Shown piece after piece: positions 16,503 to 23,941 of a stretch of 37,448 bases of DNA (position 1 is the stretch's first letter; the number at the start of each line of letters is the position of its first letter). Below the pieces are notes generated by a model. That model saw only the letters and a list, made by a program, of their open reading frames with translations, did no database searches and was not told the DNA's origin. Position numbers and translations under genes: made by a program. Origin of the DNA: a virus (Duplodnaviria > Caudoviricetes); the IMG/VR virus record IMGVR_UViG_3300016672_000183, positions 1 to 37,448 of that record. The stretch is one strand, 5' to 3'.

Positions 16503-18094
16503 GCTGCAGCTCCCTGTTTTTTCAATGCGGCGTCACCAGCCTGCTGCGCCAGCATTTGCTGCTGCGCCTGCTGCTGCTGTTCCTGCTGAGCCTGGGCGCG
16601 GTCCTGGCGGATCTTGTCCCGATCGGCAGAGCTGCGGATGATCGAACCAGGTACGCCCAGGGCCTCGCCTTTGAAGCGCTGTGCCTCGTCCATGTCGATG
16701 TTGTCCATAACGGTTGGATCGGATGCAGCGACAACCAGCGCGCCATTGATGAACGTGTCGATTGCGGACACTTCTTCCAGCTTCTGCGACCTGGCCAGCG
16801 GCGACAGGTAACGCACGGTGAAGTTGCGGCCTGCCAGGGATTCCGGGGCCTGGCCCAATACGCCCGCGCGGTAGGCGATGCCGAAACACCGCTCAATCAT
16901 GGGTTGCAGGTACTCGGTTTGCAGTCGGCCATACACCGGGCCCAGCAGTTGGCGGATCAGGTTCACCCGTACGTGCACCTCAGTGGCGGTCATCGCCGGG
17001 CCGTCCTGGGCCTGGAGCTGATCGGCCATCAGGATCTTGCGGATAGAGCCCTGCAAGCGCTGGATTTTGGTCTCGGCGTACTGGAAGTTGGAGCCGCTTT
17101 GCAGGGGCTTCATGCTGTCGACGCTGTTGGCCACGATGATCTTGCGCGGCCCGACCTTGACGGTGCGCGGATTCAGCACGCCGTCATCCTCGGCAATCCA
17201 CATGCCGGCAATGGCCAGGTCGCCGGCCGCCAGGTCCATCCGGCACAGCTCGTTCAAGGTGCGGGCGTCCGGCAAGGCATCGAACACCGGACCCACGGCG
17301 TACACGCTGTCAGGGATCATCATCCAACGCGGCACGACAACAGGCATTTCGTGGTAGCCCGACTCGCTCACCAGTTGCTTGGCCTTCACCTCGACCTTGC
17401 ACGATGCGACGGCCATGTTCTTCGCCAGGCGCGCGCCGACCATATGCGTGGTGCGCGGGTAGATGGCGTGGACAAATTCGACCATTTCCTGTGGCTTGTC
17501 CTTGGCCAGCTTGCGTGTGGAATCGCTCAAGTTCTCTTCGCCGAACTCGTTTACGGCCTGCTCGGCGGTGAGCTTGTACTCCCTATACACGGTGTCGATC
17601 TTGCCGCCGGCCTTGGATGCGGACGCGTACACGCTCGCAATGGGCCACAGATCGAAGGTGAAGCCGCCCTTCTCCTTGTCCTGGTCGATGTACAGGGCAA
17701 ACCATCCAGCGCACACAACGTCGATAAGCCCCTCAAAGGCGGCTGCGTCGAAGTTGGATGCGTGGATGTTCTGCCACAGGATGTCCGCCGAATCGTCCAA
17801 CCACCGACGCTCATCCTCGCTTTCCTGGCCAACGTCCATGCCGAACCACAGCGAGTTGGCCGGGGTCAGGCCCGACATGATCCCAGACGACAGAATCCGT
17901 GCCGCGTCTGTGGTGGTGCCGTCGATCATCCTGGCCTTGCGCATCTGCGCCTCCATGGCCGTGATCTGCTCAGTGCAAAAGCCACTACCCCGGATCGGGT
18001 AGCTGTGGTCGTAACAGTCGCGCCAGGTCTGCTCGTGCGGCGAGCGCAGCGACTTCAGGGTGCTCAACGTTTTGCAGATCTGGGATGCGTTCAT
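16499..18094 (-). CDS. Portal / head-to-tail connector (531 aa)
   Basis: LSSGIMSGLTPANSLWF, MPVVVPRW...YAVGP, MTATEVHVR...LLGPVYGRLQTEYLQPMIER, YLSPLARSQ. Confidence 0.92.
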   Translation of the reverse strand: MNASQICKTLSTLKSLRSPHEQTWRDCYDHSYPIRGSGFCTEQITAMEAQMRKARMIDGTTTDAARILSSGIMSGLTPANSLWFGMDVGQESEDERRWLDDSADILWQNIHASNFDAAAFEGLIDVVCAGWFALYIDQDKEKGGFTFDLWPIASVYASASKAGGKIDTVYREYKLTAEQAVNEFGEENLSDSTRKLAKDKPQEMVEFVHAIYPRTTHMVGARLAKNMAVASCKVEVKAKQLVSESGYHEMPVVVPRWMMIPDSVYAVGPVFDALPDARTLNELCRMDLAAGDLAIAGMWIAEDDGVLNPRTVKVGPRKIIVANSVDSMKPLQSGSNFQYAETKIQRLQGSIRKILMADQLQAQDGPAMTATEVHVRVNLIRQLLGPVYGRLQTEYLQPMIERCFGIAYRAGVLGQAPESLAGRNFTVRYLSPLARSQKLEEVSAIDTFINGALVVAASDPTVMDNIDMDEAQRFKGEALGVPGSIIRSSADRDKIRQDRAQAQQEQQQQAQQQMLAQQAGDAALKKQGAAA

Positions 18095-18303
18095 TGTCCG
18101 AGGGTGCTCTTGCCTTGAGAGAGAACAGACCCAGTAGCGGAGCCCTGGGCGCCAGAGGTCAGCAGGCTGCTGTCTGCCTTGCGCTTCTTGCGGGTGGCGG
18201 TTTCTTCGTTGGCCTTCACAGCCGCGGCGTCGGCGGCCTTCTGGGCTTCGATTGCCGGATCTGGCGTAGCAACTACTTTCGGGGCTTTCGGCTTACTTCC
18301 CAT
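18091..18303 (-). CDS. Small virion protein upstream of portal (70 aa)
   Basis: MGSKPKAP...SSLLTSGAQG...KSTLGQ, typical of the pre-portal gene of such podoviruses; ATGA coupling. Confidence 0.65.
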   Translation of the reverse strand: MGSKPKAPKVVATPDPAIEAQKAADAAAVKANEETATRKKRKADSSLLTSGAQGSATGSVLSQGKSTLGQ

Positions 18304-18307
18304 GTCG

Positions 18308-18715
18308 TTACTCCTTCACCGGAGGAACAGGACACAGCCAGCCTTCATCGGTCAGCACGGGTTGCTTGATCGTGGCCGGGTCGATGCTGGTGGTGGTTGG
18401 GGTCGAAGGCTTCGCCTCATTGATGCGCTGCGGGTCCAGCACCAGGGGCTCGCCGCCGGCGCTCAGGCGTTCAACTTCGGCCAGGGCTTCGTCCTTGGTG
18501 CCGGTGAAGTCGCCGATCTTCACGTCTTTGCCGTCCACCTGCGGGGCGTTGGCATCAATCACGACCCAACGGCCACCTCCGTTGTGCTTGGCGGTGAAGT
18601 CGGGAACTGCTGGTGCCTGGGCGCTGGTATCCGGGCTGTCGGTGCTGTTGGTGGTGCTGATAGCGTTGGCGAGCGGATCGCCCGGGGTTTGTACCGTTAA
18701 TTCTGGGGCTGGCAT
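18308..18715 (-). CDS. Hypothetical late protein (135 aa)
   Basis: SD AGGAG before ATG 18715; C-terminal PVLTDEGWLCP. Confidence 0.55.
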   Translation of the reverse strand: MPAPELTVQTPGDPLANAISTTNSTDSPDTSAQAPAVPDFTAKHNGGGRWVVIDANAPQVDGKDVKIGDFTGTKDEALAEVERLSAGGEPLVLDPQRINEAKPSTPTTTSIDPATIKQPVLTDEGWLCPVPPVKE

Positions 18716-18762
18716 GGTCTTCTCCTGGCATGCAACGCCCGGCACTTGGCCGGGCGATGGGG

Positions 18763-19002
18763 TTACTCGGCGTCGGCGGCTTTTGCTGCGGCACCCAGCG
18801 GAGGCTCAACAACTGGTGGCGGGGTTTTCAGCAGCTCTTTGGCATAAGCGACCATGTCTTCGGAAATTGAGCTGATCGCCATTTGAAGCGGGTAGACGTT
18901 GACCAACTGGGTGCGTTGGTTGAGCAGGCCGACGGCCTCGAGCAGATCCAGCGCGCGTTCCAAATCGAGCTGATCGACCTGGCGAATGGTTGTTACGGTC
19001 AT
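18763..19002 (-). CDS. Hypothetical protein (79 aa), first gene after promoter D
   Basis: ORF with GAGGG SD. Confidence 0.5.
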   Translation of the reverse strand: MTVTTIRQVDQLDLERALDLLEAVGLLNQRTQLVNVYPLQMAISSISEDMVAYAKELLKTPPPVVEPPLGAAAKAADAE

Positions 19003-19047
19003 GGGTGTAGCCCTCGGGTTGATGGGGAATCAACGAATTGAGGGCCA

Positions 19048-19085
19048 AGGATCGGGCGGGAGGGCTGTCGGGTTCCCGACTATTT
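19048..19085 (-). promoter_or_regulatory. Putative late promoter D (ahead of head/portal unit)
   Basis: AAATAGTCGG-GAAC-CCGAC (19067-19085), 13 nt spacer, GATCCT (19048-19053). Confidence 0.7.
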
Positions 19086-19532
19086 GCGAGGGGGGCAGGC
19101 GGTGTTGACCCAATCAATCAGGCCGTTCAAGGCGATGATGGCTTCGTCTCCGTCGTTGGCGATGGCGACAATTCGTTGACCAGCCGCTGGGTCAAGTTCG
19201 GCGCGCGCTTCTGCATCATCCACGCGGCCGGCACTTGGTCCGGTACGCACGACGGGGCACTTGGCTGGGACTGACAGCCGCTGAGTGCCAGTGCCAACGC
19301 GAGCAAGCAGGGCTTTGTTCTGGACTTGAGCATCGGTAAGCACCTTCGTGTTGTCAGTGTCGAGCTGGGCCAGCAGCTTCTGGGTGGTCTTGCGTGAAGC
19401 GTTAGCGCTCTCCAGCACGCCTACACGCTCCGTTGCGGTGTCCAGGCTTGTGCTGATGTGGTCAAGACGCCAGAGCGCCAGCATAAGCGCCATGGCAAGC
19501 CCTGCAACGAGATAGCGAGCCACGGCGCCCAT
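19080..19532 (-). CDS. Rz: Inner-membrane spanin (Rz-like)
   Basis: N-terminal TM, coiled coil, RLSVPAKC...AELDPAAGQRIV...ALNGLIDWV..C. Confidence 0.85.
   Translation of the reverse strand: MGAVARYLVAGLAMALMLALWRLDHISTSLDTATERVGVLESANASRKTTQKLLAQLDTDNTKVLTDAQVQNKALLARVGTGTQRLSVPAKCPVVRTGPSAGRVDDAEARAELDPAAGQRIVAIANDGDEAIIALNGLIDWVNTACPPRK
19127..19333 (-). CDS. Rz1: Outer-membrane spanin lipoprotein embedded in Rz
   Basis: Lipobox LALALSG-C, Pro-rich with PAAWMM, nested in another frame of Rz. Confidence 0.8.
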   Translation of the reverse strand: MLKSRTKPCLLALALALSGCQSQPSAPSCVPDQVPAAWMMQKRAPNLTQRLVNELSPSPTTETKPSSP

Positions 19533-19534
19533 GG

Positions 19535-19897
19535 TCAGGGCTCGGCGTGCAATTGCTGTTTGAGCGCATAACCCATCAGCGGCCAGACCTTTTGCACCGC
19601 ATTGTCACGGGCGATCTTGCGACCGATCTCGGCATTGAAGTTGGCCGGGCTGGCACACGCGCTCTCGCCAGTGACGGTGAAGCCGTTGCGCAGGACCAAT
19701 ACGCAGAAGGTCAGCAGGTCCAACGAATTGGCTTCTTCAACCAGGCCGAAGCCAGAAGCTGCGAACTCTCCGCGCACTCCATCCTTCGCAGTGAAGTAGT
19801 GTTCGCTGGCGATGTTGGCCTGCAGGTCTGCCGGAGTGACGCGCGGTGCGGTCAGGCCTTTGGCTTGAATCTCTTGCTCAATCGATTTGTCGTTCAC
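19535..19897 (-). CDS. N4 Gp49 / Sf6 gp66 family protein (120 aa, GTG start); possible nucleotide sponge
   Basis: LTFCVLVLRNGFTVTGESACASPANFNAEIGRKIA...KVWPLMGY signature; SD AGAGG. Confidence 0.75.
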   Translation of the reverse strand: MNDKSIEQEIQAKGLTAPRVTPADLQANIASEHYFTAKDGVRGEFAASGFGLVEEANSLDLLTFCVLVLRNGFTVTGESACASPANFNAEIGRKIARDNAVQKVWPLMGYALKQQLHAEP

Positions 19898-19922
19898 GGG
19901 TGTTACCTCTGCGGTTGGGGGA

Positions 19923-20438
19923 TTACTGCGCAGCCATGCACTTGGCATGGCGTTCAAGCTGGCGAGCCCAGACGCCCCAGCACCGCTTGTTGCCCGGTGT
20001 AGAGCAGTCGAAGCCCGCGGCAAAGCGGTACTTGAGCAGGTCGTGGCAGGCCTGGGCGTAGTTGCCGGCCAGCAGGTCACGGCGCGGGGAGCCGTTGCGC
20101 CAGGTGCCAATGCCGTACTGCCCAACAAAGTCCATGTACACATCGAACTCATCCTGGTGGAGCTTTACGCCTGGGAGGGACGCGGCGAATTGCTTCTCGG
20201 CCTGGCTGTTCAGGTTGCGGGCCAGGACCTCGGCGCGCTGCGGGGTGATGGTGTCGCCCATGCGCACTGGCGTGCCGTCCTCGTAGCGAGTGGAGCCGTG
20301 CCCGATGGTGGGAACGTCGCCCTTGGTGGGGATGACGGCGGTGGTGGTCAGGCCTTCACTGGCCTGCCAGGTGGCGAAGCCGGCGGCGCTGATGCTGAGC
20401 AGGCCCACGGCGACGCGCTTGCGCAGTTCGGGGCTCAT
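19923..20438 (-). CDS. Endolysin, GH24 lysozyme with probable SAR domain
   Basis: RKR + weakly hydrophobic VAVGLLSISAAGFATW, then EG...GDVPTIGHGST catalytic region; ATGA overlap with holin. Confidence 0.88.
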   Translation of the reverse strand: MSPELRKRVAVGLLSISAAGFATWQASEGLTTTAVIPTKGDVPTIGHGSTRYEDGTPVRMGDTITPQRAEVLARNLNSQAEKQFAASLPGVKLHQDEFDVYMDFVGQYGIGTWRNGSPRRDLLAGNYAQACHDLLKYRFAAGFDCSTPGNKRCWGVWARQLERHAKCMAAQ

Positions 20439-20713
20439 AGCTTGCACTGGTCTTTGATGGCCTGTAGCCGCGCGGCGCTCTCGGCATGCTCACGGCGATC
20501 CCTGCGAACCTGGAAATACGTGCTGATCAACAGACCCAGCACTGCCACAACCACACCAGCGATACCAATCCAGTTGACCTGGGACAGCCAGCCAAACAGG
20601 CCAGTAGCACCACCGGCAATCAGCCCCTTGTTGGCAACCGATATGCCCACTGCCTCTACGATGTTCTCGTGCGCCTGGTTGGCCATGCGTTCACTCCTAA
20701 CTGGCGCCGTCAT
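20435..20713 (-). CDS. Holin (possible dual start)
   Basis: Hydrophobic segments, basic C-tail RRDRRE; directly upstream of endolysin. Confidence 0.8.
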   Translation of the reverse strand: MTAPVRSERMANQAHENIVEAVGISVANKGLIAGGATGLFGWLSQVNWIGIAGVVVAVLGLLISTYFQVRRDRREHAESAARLQAIKDQCKL

Positions 20714-20730
20714 GGTTGGCCTCCAGGGTC

Positions 20731-20760
20731 AAAAAAAAGCCCAGCGCGGGTGGCTGGGCT
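20731..20760 (-). terminator. Intrinsic terminator between promoter E and holin
   Basis: AGCCCAGC-CACCCGC-GCTGGGCT followed by T-run on minus strand. Confidence 0.85.
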
Positions 20761-20772
20761 GCGATGACCGTA

Positions 20773-20810
20773 AGAGTCGTCGGGGTCAGGTGTCGGAATC
20801 CCGACTATTT
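20773..20810 (-). promoter_or_regulatory. Putative late promoter E (ahead of lysis cassette)
   Basis: AAATAGTCGG-GATT-CCGAC (20792-20810), 13 nt spacer, GACTCT (20773-20778). Confidence 0.7.
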
Positions 20811-20924
20811 CGTGAGCAGGTAGCCCGCCCAGGTAGCGAACAAGAGCACGCATGACGCCACCCATGCGCAATAGGCCATCTTTTGCGTGCGCTTTAGCCT
20901 GCTCACGCGGTCGAGTTGATTCAC
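20805..20924 (-). CDS. Small membrane peptide (39 aa, GTG start)
   Basis: GTGA coupling to upstream ORF; one TM segment; its TAG stop lies inside the promoter E motif. Confidence 0.45.
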   Translation of the reverse strand: MNQLDRVSRLKRTQKMAYCAWVASCVLLFATWAGYLLTK

Positions 20925-21097
20925 GACCGCGCCGCCTGCCAGCACACCCAGAACTCTTGGGTCTGTTTGCTGACGTACTTGCCGTCGCGCTGGTCGATGT
21001 TCAGCAGTCGCGCTTGTGCGAACTGGTGTTCGAACCGTTCCCGCTCGGTACCTTCGAACGTTTCGTGGTTGTCGTGCTGGTTGTCTTCGTGGCTCAT
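20921..21097 (-). CDS. Hypothetical protein (58 aa, MSHEDNQ...WVCWQAARS)
   Basis: Translated by hand; SD GAGGG; RERFE...Y....TQ..W..WQAAR is a common phage small-protein pattern. Confidence 0.55.
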   Translation of the reverse strand: MSHEDNQHDNHETFEGTERERFEHQFAQARLLNIDQRDGKYVSKQTQEFWVCWQAARS

Positions 21098-21106
21098 GTC
21101 TAACCC

Positions 21107-21367
21107 TCATGCTTTCGAGTGATAAGCCCACCAGTCACCAATCGCGACCATGGGCAGCTTTGAACGATCCCAGCCAGTGGCCTGGACCCAGAACAACACA
21201 AGGCGCTCCCCCTCGGTGTAGCGAGGTTCGGCGCCCTGCTTCCAACCCAGCAGCGTGCTGCGCGGCACAGCAATGGCATCAGCCACCGACTGCGGTGAGT
21301 AGCCGGCACGCGAAAGCCCGGTGATCACCGTGAACCAATCCACGCGCTGTTCGGCCAGGGCGAGCAT
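21107..21367 (-). CDS. HTH DNA-binding protein (86 aa), candidate late-gene activator
   Basis: YSPQSVADAIAVPRSTLLGWKQGAEP helix-turn-helix pattern; end of early operon, just before the lysis promoter. Confidence 0.65.
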   Translation of the reverse strand: MLALAEQRVDWFTVITGLSRAGYSPQSVADAIAVPRSTLLGWKQGAEPRYTEGERLVLFWVQATGWDRSKLPMVAIGDWWAYHSKA

Positions 21368-21369
21368 GG

Positions 21370-21651
21370 CTACTGCTCCGAACTCTGCAGGCTGAATCCT
21401 TCACGCAGCAGATACCGCCGGATAGCTTCACTGCACATGGCCTGTATCCGATCAAGCGCACCCTGAACCTCTGGTGGGTAACTGGTTTCAATGGAGACGT
21501 GCCCTTCATGCCGGGTCACCGTCATGGTTGGCACCGTCAGGCTCAGGATGGTGAGCATCTGCGCCATGTACGGCTCTGCGATCCTGTTCACCTCGGCTCG
21601 GGCTGCCATCTGCTGCGCGATTGTCTTTGGAATGGCCTGGGTAGCGTTCAT
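21370..21651 (-). CDS. Hypothetical protein (93 aa)
   Basis: ATGA-coupled ORF in nin-like region. Confidence 0.5.
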   Translation of the reverse strand: MNATQAIPKTIAQQMAARAEVNRIAEPYMAQMLTILSLTVPTMTVTRHEGHVSIETSYPPEVQGALDRIQAMCSEAIRRYLLREGFSLQSSEQ

Positions 21652-21926
21652 GCATCACCCCAAAACGCGCACGCGCGCGAGCCAGAGTGAGTTCCGGCGC
21701 CCCACCCACACCCTTTCCGTATCTGCTTATCCATTTCGGATATAACCGCCGTGAATTCCATAACCGGATTCTCGGATTCGTCGAAGTGGAACGGATGCAC
21801 AGCCCTGCGCAACCCCAGCAACATTTCCGGCTCGCCGGGTGCCGACAGGTCCACGTCGACGCCGATCATCACCCAGCCGTCGTTCAGCTTGCGGCAGGAC
21901 CACTTGAGCAAAGGATTCACAGGCAT
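21648..21926 (-). CDS. Hypothetical protein (92 aa, MPVNPLLKW...)
   Basis: ORF with GGGGG SD, overlapping its neighbours. Confidence 0.45.
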   Translation of the reverse strand: MPVNPLLKWSCRKLNDGWVMIGVDVDLSAPGEPEMLLGLRRAVHPFHFDESENPVMEFTAVISEMDKQIRKGCGWGAGTHSGSRACAFWGDA

Positions 21927-22015
21927 ATCGCACCCCCAGTGCGCAGATACAGATTCACCCCCAGCATCACCAGGGTTCCGAGTGCTGCAGCAGCGATGAT
22001 CAGCAGGCGGCTCAT
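21917..22015 (-). CDS. Small membrane peptide (32 aa, MSRLLIIAAAALGTLVMLGVNLYL...)
   Basis: ATGA-coupled to rusA; single TM; translated by hand. Confidence 0.4.
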   Translation of the reverse strand: MSRLLIIAAAALGTLVMLGVNLYLRTGGAICL

Positions 22016-22455
22016 GAGCTCTCCCCCACCAGCGGCACGACACGCACGGTTACGCCTGGCGTTGCGCTGAAGCGCTTGCTCAGCGAGACGTTGACCACCT
22101 GGACGTCATCCTTGAACACGATGCCGTTGATGCCGTCGCAGATCGCCTTGAGCACGTTGTCGGCGTCGGGCTTCTTGGTCGGCATGACATCGCCGGCGAG
22201 CGCTGCAGCAGATTTCTTCTTGGACCAAGACGCAGCTACGGCCACGCGTATGGCCAGTTCCATCATCACAGGCCCGGCGATCAGTTCACGGCCGTCCATG
22301 GCCTGCTGTGCTGCCATGGCGATCAGGGTTTCGTAGTTGGCGGTTTTCTTGGGCGTGAACATGCGGGCGTGCCCGTCGATGGTGGATACACGCGGACGGC
22401 CTTTGCCGACGGCCTCACCTGGCACGAAGAACGACACGGGCTTGAGGTCAGACAT
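22012..22455 (-). CDS. rusA: RusA-family Holliday junction resolvase
   Basis: VPGEAVGKGRPR...PTKKPDADNVLKAICDGINGIVFKDDVQVV. Confidence 0.9.
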   Translation of the reverse strand: MSDLKPVSFFVPGEAVGKGRPRVSTIDGHARMFTPKKTANYETLIAMAAQQAMDGRELIAGPVMMELAIRVAVAASWSKKKSAAALAGDVMPTKKPDADNVLKAICDGINGIVFKDDVQVVNVSLSKRFSATPGVTVRVVPLVGESS

Positions 22456-23167
22456 TGGCGTCTCTCCGAATGCCGAGGGTTGCCAGCAGCTGTGCGCGGC
22501 ACGCTTTTGGATCTTTTGGAATTGCGAGGGTGTCGACGATGCGGTCAGCTTCCTGGCGGGAGTACTCCAGCTGGACCTGCTCGCGCGGACGCATGCTGTC
22601 GTGACCAATGCCCTTGGCGATTCGCCCTTCCAGCGGCTGACCCGTCTGTGCACGGCGCATGACGATGGCGTAGTTGCGTTCGAAGCGCTGGAACAACGGC
22701 TTGTCGCTGTGGTTCGCTGCTCGCAGGTCGAACGTGCTGGTGGCTTCGGCAGCAACCTTGACGGCCTTGTGCGTGTAGCTTCCGCGCAGGGCTTCGTCCC
22801 ATGCCTGCTGGATGCACGGCAGATCATCAACGCGCTTGCACAGCTCCATGAAATCGCTTGGCGATGGTGGGAACTTGCACTCCAGCACCATGCGCTGCAG
22901 GCCACGGTCTACGGCTTCGTCGCCCAGCTCTTGGATGGCCAACATCCACACGCGGCGGGCCAGGGTTTCTGCGCGCTTGTCGCCATAGTGCTTTTCGTAC
23001 CAAGCCGGGAACGAGATTTTCAGCGTGGTGAACACTCGGCGTACTGCACTGCGTGCGCCCTGGTCCAACGGGGTGACGTTCTCGGCGGTCAGCTCACCAG
23101 TTGTCGTCGGTGAGGATGTCGTGAGCGTTGCGCGTGCGGCCTGGAGCATTTCGTCTACCGGTTTCAT
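22448..23167 (-). CDS. Replication protein P-like helicase loader
   Basis: VFTTLKISFPAW...KFPPSPSDFMELC; follows the initiator gene. Confidence 0.7.
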   Translation of the reverse strand: MKPVDEMLQAARATLTTSSPTTTGELTAENVTPLDQGARSAVRRVFTTLKISFPAWYEKHYGDKRAETLARRVWMLAIQELGDEAVDRGLQRMVLECKFPPSPSDFMELCKRVDDLPCIQQAWDEALRGSYTHKAVKVAAEATSTFDLRAANHSDKPLFQRFERNYAIVMRRAQTGQPLEGRIAKGIGHDSMRPREQVQLEYSRQEADRIVDTLAIPKDPKACRAQLLATLGIRRDANV

Positions 23168-23939
23168 TGGGTGTTCCCCCGTTGGCTTGCTGGGTGCGGA
23201 CTTGGCGTTTCAGTTGCTGGGCGAGCGCGTGCTCCCACTGGGCCTGGGTTTTCAGGTCGTCGGGCCTGCTGATCCAGTACGAGCGGAATTCAAGAAGCTG
23301 GTCGGCTTCGAAGGTTTGGTTTGCCATGCCATTGCGGAACAGGACGGCGGTGAACGTGGTTGGGTCGGGTTCCCAGGCGTCGTGAAGCGAGAATTTCGAC
23401 TGCGCGGTATGTGTGTGTAGCTTTTGATCTTCTCTTCTCTTATCTAATCTGTCGTGACTTTGCGTGACACTGCGTGACGCATCGTGACAACCGTCATTTT
23501 CAGCCTGTTGCTTCTTGCGCTCCCGCTCATCACGCTTCCGCTGTCTCGCCGATTTTGGCCCGTATTCATTGGTTCCGGCGTCCTCGCGCTTTGGCTGGCG
23601 CGACTCCCAACCTGATACAAGATCTCCGTCTAGCACGCGCCCCTGCATGGCAGTCAAAACAGATTCGATATGCTGAATGTCAACGTCTAGAGCAGTGGAA
23701 ATGCCCTCTACAAAATTGATTTCGTGACATGTCACAGATGTCACGTTTGTCACGTTTTCGCGTGACATGTCGTGACATGTGATGCCGTCGACGTGACCAC
23801 GATCAGGGTTTGAGGAAGCCATCACGAGCAAATGGCAATAGATGGCCATCACCTCAGATATAGGGCGTCCAGATACGCGGGCAATCGTCCTCCACTTGGG
23901 ATCATTGGGCATGTCGTGCCAGAGCCTGAGCCAATCCAC
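23094..23939 (-). CDS. Replication initiator (O-like; DnaT-like C-terminal domain)
   Basis: MDWLRLWHDMPNDPKWRTIARVSG N-terminus, GWESRQPKRED, LLEFRSYW...TQAQWEHAL; contains iterons. Confidence 0.85.
   Translation of the reverse strand: MDWLRLWHDMPNDPKWRTIARVSGRPISEVMAIYCHLLVMASSNPDRGHVDGITCHDMSRENVTNVTSVTCHEINFVEGISTALDVDIQHIESVLTAMQGRVLDGDLVSGWESRQPKREDAGTNEYGPKSARQRKRDERERKKQQAENDGCHDASRSVTQSHDRLDKRREDQKLHTHTAQSKFSLHDAWEPDPTTFTAVLFRNGMANQTFEADQLLEFRSYWISRPDDLKTQAQWEHALAQQLKRQVRTQQANGGTPNETGRRNAPGRTRNAHDILTDDNW
23421..23797. repeat. Replication origin iterons (CGTGAC / GTCACG)
   Basis: CGTGAC at 23453, 23463, 23473, 23483 (10-bp period) beside a pyrimidine/AT-rich tract 23421-23450; second cluster 23723-23797 in both orientations. 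Confidence 0.75.
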
Positions 23940-23941
23940 GG

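Noticed and set aside
16556-18118. Long antisense ORFs (520 aa here; also 30622-32223, 4119-5231, 29813-30823, 19887-20855)
   Set aside because: Shadow frames of high-GC coding genes; no motifs or RBS
18736-18756. GC hairpin CGCCCGGC...GCCGGGCG (similar ones near 28417-28435, 32374-32391, 33461-33479)
   Set aside because: No clear U-tract or shared motif; may be pause or stability hairpins but function is unsupported
23451-23490. Short periodic repeats as a CRISPR-like array
   Set aside because: 6-bp units with 4-bp spacers inside the initiator gene; iterons fit better and no cas genes are present
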